From a bacterium (GTDB lineage Bacteria > SZUA-182 > DTGQ01 > JAFGSM01): a stretch of 64,000 nucleotides of DNA. A model generated the notes under the pieces. It saw nothing but the letters and a program-made list of their open reading frames with translations. It made no database searches and was not told where the DNA came from. The stretch spans positions 1 through 64,000 of the forward strand of contig JBLIRO010000016.1 of NCBI GenBank assembly GCA_049472335.1, given 5' to 3'. Shown one piece after another: positions 50,613-60,815 of the stretch (its first letter is position 1; every line of letters starts with the position of its first letter). A program made the position numbers and the translations under genes.

Positions 50613-52697
50613 TTAATTCTTTATATCTCGAGCAAAGGTGTCTATTTCCTTTTTAACTTCATGAAATCTATCACCAGGGATACTGATCATCTTAATTAAC
50701 TCCCGATCCGGGTTCATTTCTTTTAATATTTCACTGGTGATTTCTATACGTCTTTTTAACCATAAAGCCGCCTGTGAATATTTACAATCATCATCCTTAC
50801 ACTCCATAATCAATAAGCCGTTCGCACCCATCTCAAAGGTCTTGAGCAAGAAAGAAATCCCTAATTTAGCCACGCAGGGGACCTTTAACAAGACAACCCC
50901 TGATTGTAACTCCTTTTTTAAAACTGGTTCCAACGCAAGCATAGTGCCAGTATCATAATAGCAATAAAAAAGAGCGATGGCAGAATTACCGTCTTTTAAT
51001 TCTACTCGAGCAAACGCCTCCTCTATCTCCTTATCCATATCTTCAAAGCATGTCGAGTTAAACTCTATGGCCCGGGCAGGACACTCTACAATGCAAATCC
51101 CGCAAGCCTGGCATTGATCCTCCCTTATCTCTACGTTATTTTCAGGAGCAGGAGTGACTATTGGCACATCATAGGGACAAACACGCACACAAGTGAGGCA
51201 ATCAATACATTTCTCTTCAATGCGTCTTGCTCCGGCACCGCAAGTCAGGCAACGTCTTGCTTCGAGTAAAGCCATTTCCTGATCATAGCCTACTTCAATA
51301 AAGTCGAAATTCTTTATTCTTTTTTTTACATCCAATAAAGGCATTGGCTGGCGAGGCTGTTTTTTTATGGATGAAATCACTTCCTCATTTAGTTGTTCCA
51401 GGGATTCGGGCTTCTCTATATCTGTTATAGGTATGCCCTGCAAATAATGATGAATGGAAAAGGCTGCCTGACGACCACTAGCCATTGCTTCCACCGCCAT
51501 TCCAGGGCCGGTAACCACTTCACCACAGGCAAATATTCCGGTTTCCTGAGTAGCCATACTGATAGGATCGATGATGATTTTTCCCTTCTGAACAAGCTTC
51601 ATATCATAGTTGCTTAGAAAGGACAGATCAGTTGTTTGCCCTATGGCTATGATGACAATATCACCCTCAATAACTGATGATTTGTCTTCACAAAATGTGG
51701 GATTAAAAAAACCTTTTTCATCAAAAACAGACTTGACGGCAACCGTCTCCAGGGCACAGGATGAGCCTTCTTTGGCCTTGATACATTTCGGGCCCCATGA
51801 ACAGTTTAACTCAACACCCTCTTCTTCTGCTTCCTTTATCTCCCAAGCGAAAGCAGGCATCTCTTCAAATGATTCAAGGCATACAAGCTTTACCTTGGAT
51901 GCTCCAGCCCTCAGAGCGGATCTTGCCACATCGATTGCGACATTGCCGCCTCCTATAACTATTACGCTCTTTCCGTTATCTATTTGCCTTAATCCGAGAT
52001 TAACATCCCGTAAGAAAGGCAAGGCCGGCCAGACATTTTTCATATCAAAACCGGGAAGTGACAGGCTGCGGCTTACGGGTAATCCTGTGGAAATCAATAT
52101 TGCTTTATATCCCTGGGATTTGAGATCTGTGATGTTGATACCTTTTCCTATTTCCAGATCCGTTTTAAACTTAACCCCGAGTTCCCTTATTCCTTCGATA
52201 TCTCTATCTATAAGATCTCGCGGCAAGCGGTATAACGGGACAAAATTGGCTAATGCACCACCAAGAATGGATTCCTTCTCTATTACTGTGACATTATAGC
52301 CTAAAATGGCCAGATCGTGAGCAGCAGTCAGGCCGCCAGGCCCCGAGCCAATGACTGCAACCATTTCACGATTTGAGGAGTAAGATTTTGAGTAAGATTT
52401 TTTTGTCATCTCATTACCAAAATCAAGGGCCGCTCGCTTCAAGGAGCGAACAGATAATGCTTCATCGGCATTTTTTCTTCGGCACTCGTTTTCACAAGGG
52501 TGAGCGCATATTGTAGAACAAATAAAAGGGAGTGGATTTGTTTCACGTATTATATCAACGGCTTTATCAAATTCTCCTTTAACGATCGCCCCAATGTATC
52601 CTCTTACATCCTGATGGATAGGACAGGCACCCTGACAAGGAGGGATTGGGTTTTCTCTTTCATGGATTGTTTGCTTCGAAGATTTCAAGACCTTCAA
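50613..52697 (-). CDS. GltD/NfnB-like flavoprotein fused to 2x[4Fe-4S] and an MvhD-like domain
   Basis: CQGACP, CSTICAHPCE, GSGPGG, GGGNVAID..VCLES, CIDCLTCVRVCP, CQACGICIVECP, then FYC..VPC..ECKDDDC; TTG start with GAGG RBS. Confidence 0.88.
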   Translation of the reverse strand: MKVLKSSKQTIHERENPIPPCQGACPIHQDVRGYIGAIVKGEFDKAVDIIRETNPLPFICSTICAHPCENECRRKNADEALSVRSLKRAALDFGNEMTKKSYSKSYSSNREMVAVIGSGPGGLTAAHDLAILGYNVTVIEKESILGGALANFVPLYRLPRDLIDRDIEGIRELGVKFKTDLEIGKGINITDLKSQGYKAILISTGLPVSRSLSLPGFDMKNVWPALPFLRDVNLGLRQIDNGKSVIVIGGGNVAIDVARSALRAGASKVKLVCLESFEEMPAFAWEIKEAEEEGVELNCSWGPKCIKAKEGSSCALETVAVKSVFDEKGFFNPTFCEDKSSVIEGDIVIIAIGQTTDLSFLSNYDMKLVQKGKIIIDPISMATQETGIFACGEVVTGPGMAVEAMASGRQAAFSIHHYLQGIPITDIEKPESLEQLNEEVISSIKKQPRQPMPLLDVKKRIKNFDFIEVGYDQEMALLEARRCLTCGAGARRIEEKCIDCLTCVRVCPYDVPIVTPAPENNVEIREDQCQACGICIVECPARAIEFNSTCFEDMDKEIEEAFARVELKDGNSAIALFYCYYDTGTMLALEPVLKKELQSGVVLLKVPCVAKLGISFLLKTFEMGANGLLIMECKDDDCKYSQAALWLKRRIEITSEILKEMNPDRELIKMISIPGDRFHEVKKEIDTFARDIKN

Positions 52698-52850
52698 TCA
52701 CCTCGATTTTTCTTTGACATAATAAAACAAACATCGTTATATTTGGATAATATTTATTTAAGTATTTTTTTTATTGAATTTATTTGTCCAAAAATAAAAG
52801 ATAATTAAAAGAGAAAAATAAACAAACTGTGTTTTGTATTGATTTTTTTT

Positions 52851-52878
52851 ATTATAATCCACTCCTGAAAAAAGTCAA
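52851..52878 (-). promoter_or_regulatory. sigma70 promoter of the second metVF operon
   Basis: Minus strand TTGACT-N16-TATAAT. Confidence 0.5.
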
Positions 52879-53266
52879 GCAAACCAGCTTAAATCATCTT
52901 CATTATAATGTATTTCACAAATTTTTTCACATGGTATTTTTATAAAAAAAATATTAGAAGTATTTTTTAGACAAACATTAGAAAAGATATTAAGTTAAAT
53001 AAAAGCATATTAACCTAATATGGATTTCATTTAGTGAATATTTAAATCTTGATAAAGAGTAATTATAATGAAAATAAAACGCCAATATATATAATTATAA
53101 CATCTCGGAATAGAGACATATAGAATCGCGATTTCTTTGCGGTTCCAACCTTTTAGGACTTTATAACTATTATACTAATGTATTCAATGTACTATGAAAA
53201 TAGCTATATTTTATTAAATTTGCTAAAATATTAAGATATAACACTTGAGAAAGGGAGGGAAACACA

Positions 53267-55225
53267 ATGTTTAATCAATCTCTTAAATCGATAAATACAA
53301 AGGTTGCTTTGCTAATCGCCCTATTGATCATTTTGCTTATCAATGCGCCTTCTTATGCACAAACATTCATGCCGAACGAGCTTAATATAAAGATATCCAA
53401 GAATATAGTCAAAGAAGGGAATGCGGGTGATTATATTTTATCTCTATCCAGTGAGCTGGAGAAAGACCTGAAATACGCTGATCAAAATCTTGAGGTTCGA
53501 ATAAAAAAAATATTTTCAGAAAGCGATCCTGAAAGTCAACTGAGCTGTTGGTATAAAATCAGATTTATTTCTGAATCAAACCTGAATCTGGATGACATCC
53601 GTAAAAAAATACTGGAAAATTTTGAGCATGTCATTGATGTGGAGAAGGAATACATAACCAAATCAAGGATTGTTCCCAATGATTTCGTTATAGGACAAAT
53701 GTCGTACGATTACTATTCATTGATTGGCGCCTATGAGGCATGGGACATTGAAAAAGGCCGTACGGATGTGATTGTAGCCCTTATTGATTCAGGGGTAAAT
53801 GTAAATCATCCGGATCTGGTAAACCGGTTTGTAAGCTCGAGTCTTTTCAAAAGATATCCACCTGATTCATCCATTGATCCCTCCAATCCTACAGAAGAAT
53901 GCTATCTTTATAAGGGAAATATATACTGTTTTGATATCTATATCGATTCTGAGGAACTCAACAACGGTTCCCTGCCTCCTGATAATGACGTAAGGGATGT
54001 TGTCCCGCATGGCACACCAATAACAGGGATTATTGCCGCCAACCACAATACCATCGGTATTCCGGGTATCTGTCCGAATTGCAAAATACTACCTATAAAA
54101 GCCAGCTACCTGGAACATTTAGTTGAACAAAGCGGAACTATATCACCTTATACCGAGGGGACTTCAACCACCGGAACGATTTCCTCAGCCGTTGAATATG
54201 CCGCAAAAAATGGTGCGGATGTTATTAATTTAAGCATGTCGACATCCAGTGATACAAGCGTGTTGGAGGACGCTGTAAATTATGCATATGAAAGATATAA
54301 TTGTATTCTGGTAGCGCCCGGCGATAATGCCGATGAAGAGGATGAAGCCTATCCCGCGGCATATAATAATGTAATTGGTGTGACCGCCATAAAAGTCGAT
54401 TCACAGAACAGGGTATTAAAACGAACCAATGCGCAATATGGGACGTGGATCGATGTGGTGGCACCAGGGGACAACATCTTTTCATTGACACTGGAATCCA
54501 ATTCCATCAAGACATATTCAGGGACTTCCCTTTCAGTTCCTTTTGTTACCGGTTTAGCAGCGCTGGTAAGATCCATGGACTCAAATTTCACCATCCATAA
54601 TTTCAGACAATTACTACGGGAAAGCAGCACGCCGATCGACGACCCTCTTTACGATGCAAAAAAATTGGGATACGGCCTTATTAATCTCAGAAACGCCCTT
54701 TACGCACTGGATGACCATCTCTGGGATTATTCCGGTGTTACTCAGCAGGGAAATACCTCCACCTCCGGAGTCAATACTACCTGGCCAATCGATCCTGGTT
54801 ATATTAATCTGTATCCTTATGGATTCTCTTCTTACTATCCTTTCGGCACATTCGGAGGTTACATGTCACCGGCATATAATACCTATAACACACTTTTGGG
54901 TGGCGGATTTGGCTCATATTATCAGCAACCATATTACTCAAACGGATATTCTTCTTTTTATCCTTACAGCACATTCGGAGGTTACATGTCACCGGCATAT
55001 AATACCTTTAATACACTTTTGGGTGGCGGATTTGGCTCATATTATCAGAGACCATATTACTCAAGCAGTTATAGTCCATACTCAATCTCTTCGTTTTCAC
55101 AATACAATCCTGTTTTTCAAAGGTATTCTCCTTACGGCGGTTTTGGCGGCGGCATGTTTTCACCCTATTTGGGGAGTTTCGGCGGCTCTCCTCTTGTTAT
55201 CTTTAGCTTTCCTTTACATAGATGA
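53267..55225 (+). CDS. Secreted S8 (subtilisin-like) serine protease with a Tyr/Gly/Ser-rich tail
   Basis: Signal peptide; ALIDSG, HGT, GADVINLS and SGTSLS. Confidence 0.9.
   Translation: MFNQSLKSINTKVALLIALLIILLINAPSYAQTFMPNELNIKISKNIVKEGNAGDYILSLSSELEKDLKYADQNLEVRIKKIFSESDPESQLSCWYKIRFISESNLNLDDIRKKILENFEHVIDVEKEYITKSRIVPNDFVIGQMSYDYYSLIGAYEAWDIEKGRTDVIVALIDSGVNVNHPDLVNRFVSSSLFKRYPPDSSIDPSNPTEECYLYKGNIYCFDIYIDSEELNNGSLPPDNDVRDVVPHGTPITGIIAANHNTIGIPGICPNCKILPIKASYLEHLVEQSGTISPYTEGTSTTGTISSAVEYAAKNGADVINLSMSTSSDTSVLEDAVNYAYERYNCILVAPGDNADEEDEAYPAAYNNVIGVTAIKVDSQNRVLKRTNAQYGTWIDVVAPGDNIFSLTLESNSIKTYSGTSLSVPFVTGLAALVRSMDSNFTIHNFRQLLRESSTPIDDPLYDAKKLGYGLINLRNALYALDDHLWDYSGVTQQGNTSTSGVNTTWPIDPGYINLYPYGFSSYYPFGTFGGYMSPAYNTYNTLLGGGFGSYYQQPYYSNGYSSFYPYSTFGGYMSPAYNTFNTLLGGGFGSYYQRPYYSSSYSPYSISSFSQYNPVFQRYSPYGGFGGGMFSPYLGSFGGSPLVIFSFPLHR
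54821..55063 (+). repeat. 123-bp (41-aa) tandem duplication in the protease tail
   Basis: TFGGYMSPAYNT(Y/F)NTLLGGGFGSYYQ(Q/R)PYYS occurs twice with near-identical DNA. Confidence 0.9.
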
Positions 55226-55231
55226 TAATAT

Positions 55232-56572
55232 TCAGAGAATCTTTTTGAGATACAGATCCATTTGAAATTTTCTCCTGAGGCCCTTGTCATTCATATACCT
55301 GATGTTTCCAAAAACCTTTCTCTCACCCCATGGCCTGTCATGCTTTCCAAAACACCAGGCCACTCCTGCATATCCATTTGGATCTCTCCCATCCAGCTCA
55401 TATTTATTATTTAAATAAAGCGCAATGCCAAAGGCATTTTCAGGCCTTCCGCACCATTCCAGGATCTTTTTTCCCCAGTACATTCTCATATAACCATGCA
55501 TCTTTCCCGTGATCATCATCTCCGTTTGTGCCTTGTTCCAATATGGATCATGAGTTTGGGCGTTTTCCATTTCATCCCGGTTGTATGTATATTCTCTCGG
55601 GTCATTCTGATGCTTTGACAGGGTCTTTTTTGCCCATTCCGGTAGTCCGTTGAAAGAATCATAATGATCATTATAAAAGACAAAATTCATACTCAGTTCC
55701 CTTCTTATGATCAACTCTTCAAGGAAGGCATCCCTGCCGGGGCTCTTTGTCCGTAAAACCTTCAAGGCTATAAATAGGGGTGAAATCTGTCCAAAATGGA
55801 GGTAAGGGCTGAGATGTGACAGATAATCTACTGTCGGGTCATTTCTTAGATCCTGGAAATTATCCAATTTATTTTTAAGGAATTCATCAAGATGCCTTTT
55901 CGCTTCAGAGGTCCCGCCACTGAAGGTTTCAACCCTTTCCACACTCCTGTCAATATTCAACTGAAAAATTGCCCTTTTCAGATCCATAAGCTCAATCGAA
56001 TCAAACTGAATGTTGAGAGAATCCCTTTTAGGATTGTTTTCTTCCAAGGGGACAAGATAATCTGATAAATATCTTTTTATCTTTGGTCTTATGGTTGCAG
56101 CCGAATATTCCTCCTTATTCGATGCCACCTCCACAGGGACTATCACATCCGTCTCCACCTGGATTAAAAGGCAGTCCATATGCTCTGAGGCATACCTCCG
56201 CCAAGCCTTCTGAATCCTCAAATACCCCCTGTCTGTAATTACTATTGACGCATCTTTGGAGATTTCAATGACGTCCTTTTCGGGTGATTTTTTACAGATG
56301 ACCATTTTTATGCCTCTTTTTTTCAGGGCTGTTATAACATCCTTCAGGCCTTCAAGCATAAACCAGTAATGTCTTTCATTCGCGTCCGGAAAACGGCTTG
56401 TAATTCCGAAAAATACGAGAAGAGGATTATTGATTTCGTTTGCTTTTTTTATTGCAAATTCAAGGGCATGATTACATTCGGCCCTTTGAGAGGCTTGCAT
56501 CCAATAAAGGACAAATTTCCCTTTTTTGATTGATCTTTGATTAAGATTTTTGATTCTTTCCTTTTGAATCAT
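55232..56572 (-). CDS. phr: Class II CPD photolyase
   Basis: VLYWM, SHLSPYLHFGQIS, EELIIRREL, GKMHGYMRMYWGKKILEW and DGRDPNGY. Confidence 0.95.
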   Translation of the reverse strand: MIQKERIKNLNQRSIKKGKFVLYWMQASQRAECNHALEFAIKKANEINNPLLVFFGITSRFPDANERHYWFMLEGLKDVITALKKRGIKMVICKKSPEKDVIEISKDASIVITDRGYLRIQKAWRRYASEHMDCLLIQVETDVIVPVEVASNKEEYSAATIRPKIKRYLSDYLVPLEENNPKRDSLNIQFDSIELMDLKRAIFQLNIDRSVERVETFSGGTSEAKRHLDEFLKNKLDNFQDLRNDPTVDYLSHLSPYLHFGQISPLFIALKVLRTKSPGRDAFLEELIIRRELSMNFVFYNDHYDSFNGLPEWAKKTLSKHQNDPREYTYNRDEMENAQTHDPYWNKAQTEMMITGKMHGYMRMYWGKKILEWCGRPENAFGIALYLNNKYELDGRDPNGYAGVAWCFGKHDRPWGERKVFGNIRYMNDKGLRRKFQMDLYLKKIL

Positions 56573-56755
56573 AATAAATCAAACCCGGATCCTAATTTCA
56601 GTATATTCTATGGTTCTTTGATATGTCAATTCAAAAAATATCCCCCAAAAAAGCTACCATGATTTCTTGTACTACATTTTTATCATGTTTGATAGATTGA
56701 TTTTGATATACTATAATTGACGATCATATTGACAAAATAAAGAAGAGGGATTTAA

Positions 56756-57505
56756 ATGGTAAAAATCGGAATTATAGGCGGTTCCGGATTAGATGATCCT
56801 GAAATACTAAGAGATCCTAAAGAGATCGAGATGGAGACTCCATATGGAAAGCCTTCTTCTTTGATTAAGGAAGGGAAAGTGGACGGGGTCGCGATAGCTC
56901 TGATCGCAAGACACGGAAGTAAACACACGATTCCGCCCACACAGGTAAATTTCAGGGCAAACATATATGCACTCAAAGAAATTGGATGTACACATATACT
57001 GGCAACAACTGCATGCGGGTCGCTAAGAGAGGATATAAAAAGGGGTGACCTGATCATACTTGACCAATTTATCGATTTTACGCGTCACAGGAAGATCACC
57101 TTTCACGAGGAATTTGAGCCGGATAATGCAAGGCATACACCAATGGCCGAGCCATTTTCAAAGGAATTAAGGGAAATATTGATCGATGCCTGCAAAGAGC
57201 TTAAGCTTGAGCATCATGAAAAGGGAACCGTCATAACTATTGAGGGTCCCAGATTTTCAACAAAGGCCGAGAGTAAGATGTTCAGGATATGGGGCGCGGA
57301 TGTCATTAACATGAGTATCGCCCCTGAAGCCATCCTTGCAAATGAAGCTGGCATACCATATGCCGCTATAGCCATGAGTACGGACTATGACTGTTGGAAA
57401 GAGGACGAAGAGCCCGTGTCATGGGACGAAATACTTACGATATTTACTCAAAACGTTGAAAAGGTTACAAATTTATTAACACATGTTACAAAAAAGGTGA
57501 AATAA
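56756..57505 (+). CDS. mtnP: S-methyl-5'-thioadenosine phosphorylase
   Basis: [22 protein letters not shown] and STDYDCW. Confidence 0.93.
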   Translation: MVKIGIIGGSGLDDPEILRDPKEIEMETPYGKPSSLIKEGKVDGVAIALIARHGSKHTIPPTQVNFRANIYALKEIGCTHILATTACGSLREDIKRGDLIILDQFIDFTRHRKITFHEEFEPDNARHTPMAEPFSKELREILIDACKELKLEHHEKGTVITIEGPRFSTKAESKMFRIWGADVINMSIAPEAILANEAGIPYAAIAMSTDYDCWKEDEEPVSWDEILTIFTQNVEKVTNLLTHVTKKVK

Positions 57506-57506
57506 T

Positions 57507-58040
57507 ATGTCGCAGGAGATTAAGAAAAAAATTCGAACCGTACCGCATTGGCCGAAACAGGGAATCATGTTCAGAGATATTACTACGCTTCTCAAAGACA
57601 GCGAAGGATTTAATCTTACGATAGATATACTTGTCGAGCGATACAAGGATATGAAAATAGATATTGTCGCCGGAATTGAAAGCAGGGGTTTCATAACCGG
57701 ATCTATATTGGCTCACAGGTTAGGAGTTGGGTTCGTTCCTATAAGAAAACCCGGCAAGCTTCCCGCTCAGACTGTTTCCGAGGAATACGAGCTCGAATAT
57801 GGAAAAGATAAAATTGAGGTTCATACTGACGCGATCCAAAAGGGTGATCAGGTTTTGCTCGTCGACGATCTAATCGCAACGGGAGGCACTGCGCTGGCTG
57901 CATGCAATCTTATCACCAAACTGGGCGGAGAGGTGGTCGAATGCAGTTTTATAATTGATTTGATAGATATTGGAGGCAAAAAGAAATTAACAAATGCCGG
58001 GTTCAAGGTCTTTAGCCTTGTTGAATTTGAAGGTGAATAA
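57507..58040 (+). CDS. apt: Adenine phosphoribosyltransferase
   Basis: FRDITTL, ESRGF, RKPGKLP, YELEYG and [10 protein letters not shown]. Confidence 0.96.
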   Translation: MSQEIKKKIRTVPHWPKQGIMFRDITTLLKDSEGFNLTIDILVERYKDMKIDIVAGIESRGFITGSILAHRLGVGFVPIRKPGKLPAQTVSEEYELEYGKDKIEVHTDAIQKGDQVLLVDDLIATGGTALAACNLITKLGGEVVECSFIIDLIDIGGKKKLTNAGFKVFSLVEFEGE

Positions 58041-58093
58041 ACTATAATTTATATTCGTCTATTGTAGTTTATTATCCCTTGTTTATTATTCTT

Positions 58094-60490
58094 TCATCTA
58101 AGGCTGATACTACTCATACTGGAAATAAAGCAGATGCCGCCGCCCAGATCTTCTTCCGGTTCTGGCGGGTTTGTATTCGAATTGTTATCATCAGGGATAG
58201 GTTTAAGTGTAATTAAGTATTCATTTTGGAATATTGTAATACCGTTAGAATTAACCACTGCCAGATCCGCTTTATTCCAGGCAAAAAAATTCGCACTGAT
58301 AACTGACTTTGGCGAATCACCCACATTCTTATTGATTCCCCTGCCAAAAGAACCATTTCCGTTTCCGAAAAATATCGTTACATAATCATAATCATAGGCA
58401 GTATTGATTATTGAACTGGCTACCGCCAGATCCAAATTATTATCATTGTCAAAATCCGCGGAAACAATAGCCGACGGTTCAATCTTTCGATTGTTCTCCT
58501 CTACTGTTACTTCATCCACAACTGCATAAGCAAAAACAGGCTCTTCACTAAAGGTACCGTCTTCATTGCCTAATAATATAGTTACATGACTTGTGGGGGA
58601 GCCAATATTGGCTGATGCAAAATCCAATTTCCCATCGTGGTTAAAATCAGCAGAAGTGATTGCAGCCGGACTGACCCCTAATTTATAATTTACAGCAGAA
58701 TCAAAAACGGTATAATCTTCATTTGCCAACCATACAGAGATATTATTTGATTCTGCGTTGGCTACTGCTAAATCAGAGACTGAGTTTGGATCATTATCAA
58801 AATTATCAGAAATGATCCATATGGGAACATCTCCTGTCGCACATGCATAGAAGTTTCTGTCGAATATACCCTCCTCGTTGCCAAATATTATCTTCAATTG
58901 ATTATCATCCCTATTGGCTACTGCCAAGTCTCTAAATATATCATTATTAAATCTAGCAGAAATTATAGATACAGGGAAATATCCTACATTATCAATCAAA
59001 TCATGTTGAGTAAAGGATCCATTTCCATCGCCAGTTAATATTGTTACATCATTAGAACCACTGTTGGCAATTGCCAGATCCACATTTGGATCATCATTAA
59101 AATAATCAGAAACGATGGACTTCGGATCTTCTCCCAATAAATCCAAATAAAACAATATTTCACTAAAGATGCTTTCTTTTCCATTGCCGATCAATATTGC
59201 CAGGGTATTGGAACCACTATTAACAATTGCTAAATCATCCCGATATCCATCATTGTCAAAATCATCAGAAATTGCCGATTCCGGAGTGCCTCCTATTTCA
59301 TAAACGTAATCTGCATCATACGAAAAGGTTCCATCTTTATCATTAAGGAATATTGATAGATAATCGGAACTGCTGTTAACTATTGCCAAATCTGCATATC
59401 CGTCTTTATTAATATCTGCCGAAAAAATGGAGTCGGCTCTACTCCACGCCAGATTATTTGCCTGAACCAGAAAGGTGCCATCTCCATTGTTAATCAATAT
59501 TGATACATTATTAGAATCAGAATCGCTATTTGCTACTGCTAAATCCAAATAACCATCCTCATCTAAATCATCACTTATGATACACTTAGGACTGTCACCT
59601 ACCGAATAATTAATAATATTTCCAAAGGTGCCATCTCCGTTGTTAATCATTATTGATACACTCTCGGAACCGCTATTGGCTACTGCCAAATCCGCCATTT
59701 CATTCCCGTCTTTATAGAAATCACCGGAAATAATCGACACCGGCTTTTCCCCAACTTCACGATTGACAGCGCGGCTAAAGGTACCGTCTCCTTTGCCGGG
59801 TATGATAAATATATTGTCTGAATCATAATTTGCAACAGCTAAATCGAGATTACCATCACCATTAAAATCTGCGGAAGTAATTGATTTAGGTGAGTTCCCT
59901 GTTGCCAAACTGTCAGGTTTAGCTTCACTAAAAGTTCCGTCTCCATCGTTAAGTAATATTGATATATTATTGGAACCGCTATTGGCTACTGCTAAATCCA
60001 AATAACCATCCTCATCTAAATCATCACTTATGATACACTCCGGACCATCACCTACCAAATAGTCAATAATATTTCCAAAAGTTCCATCTCCATTGTTAAT
60101 CAATATTGACACACTATTGAAACCTTTATTGGCCACTGCCAGATCCGCCATCTCATTCCCATCCTTATAGAAATCACCGGAAATTATGCTTTCCGGACCA
60201 TCACCTACTTCATAAAAAATTCCCCGTCTAAATGTACCATCGGGTTTTCCAAATAAAATAAGAATATTGTCCGAATCCCTGTTGGCCATTGCAAAATCCA
60301 TTTCCCCATCTTTATCAAAATCTTCAGAAATGACAGAATTCGGACCATCTGCAACTGTATGAAACATCTTAGGGGTCGTAGAATTAGAATCATCCGTATA
60401 CCCCATTAATAAATTTATTCTTAAGATAATTAAAAAACTAAATACAAAAAATATACTAAAATACAGGAGCTTCTTATGTTGAATTTTCAT
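58094..60490 (-). CDS. Secreted FG-GAP/VCBS-repeat protein with C-terminal GGGICFIS motif
   Basis: Many DFxxDGxxDLAVAN...GxGDGTF repeats; AGGAGG RBS before 60490; N-terminal hydrophobic segment. Confidence 0.9.
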   Translation of the reverse strand: MKIQHKKLLYFSIFFVFSFLIILRINLLMGYTDDSNSTTPKMFHTVADGPNSVISEDFDKDGEMDFAMANRDSDNILILFGKPDGTFRRGIFYEVGDGPESIISGDFYKDGNEMADLAVANKGFNSVSILINNGDGTFGNIIDYLVGDGPECIISDDLDEDGYLDLAVANSGSNNISILLNDGDGTFSEAKPDSLATGNSPKSITSADFNGDGNLDLAVANYDSDNIFIIPGKGDGTFSRAVNREVGEKPVSIISGDFYKDGNEMADLAVANSGSESVSIMINNGDGTFGNIINYSVGDSPKCIISDDLDEDGYLDLAVANSDSDSNNVSILINNGDGTFLVQANNLAWSRADSIFSADINKDGYADLAIVNSSSDYLSIFLNDKDGTFSYDADYVYEIGGTPESAISDDFDNDGYRDDLAIVNSGSNTLAILIGNGKESIFSEILFYLDLLGEDPKSIVSDYFNDDPNVDLAIANSGSNDVTILTGDGNGSFTQHDLIDNVGYFPVSIISARFNNDIFRDLAVANRDDNQLKIIFGNEEGIFDRNFYACATGDVPIWIISDNFDNDPNSVSDLAVANAESNNISVWLANEDYTVFDSAVNYKLGVSPAAITSADFNHDGKLDFASANIGSPTSHVTILLGNEDGTFSEEPVFAYAVVDEVTVEENNRKIEPSAIVSADFDNDNNLDLAVASSIINTAYDYDYVTIFFGNGNGSFGRGINKNVGDSPKSVISANFFAWNKADLAVVNSNGITIFQNEYLITLKPIPDDNNSNTNPPEPEEDLGGGICFISSMSSISLR

Positions 60491-60815
60491 ATGAATATTA
60501 AGCCTCCTTATTAATGTATTATTATACTGATCCAATAAGAGAAAAAAATCTTCTGTTTTTATTTTAATATATTCAAACGAATTAAATTGATTCTTATTTT
60601 AAGCTTTCTTCTATTCATAATCAAGGTCTTCTTAGTTTTTTAAAGAAACATATTGATCATTAGTTTATGCATGATTAATGACTTTTGCGTTTAAGGGCAT
60701 AAAAATGAAAATATAAAATAGTGCCTTTTTTGTTTATGAAGGTCAGATTTTGACATTTGACAAAAAATAACATATAAGGTTTATTAAATTTTAAATAAAA
60801 TATAATTGCTTAAAT

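Noticed and set aside
28596..52697. Selenocysteine recoding in HdrA, HdrL or MvhD
   Set aside because: The ORFs are uninterrupted and the usual Sec positions are Cys or Ser codons.
52905..52932. Rex operator
   Set aside because: TTCACA occurs as a direct repeat, not as the TTGTGAA-N4-TTCACAA palindrome.
54654..55265. 203-aa alternative-frame ORF and other long overlapping ORFs (12160-12792, 35570-36181, 51610-52299)
   Set aside because: They overlap well-supported genes and have no motifs; the repeat in the first simply mirrors the DNA duplication.
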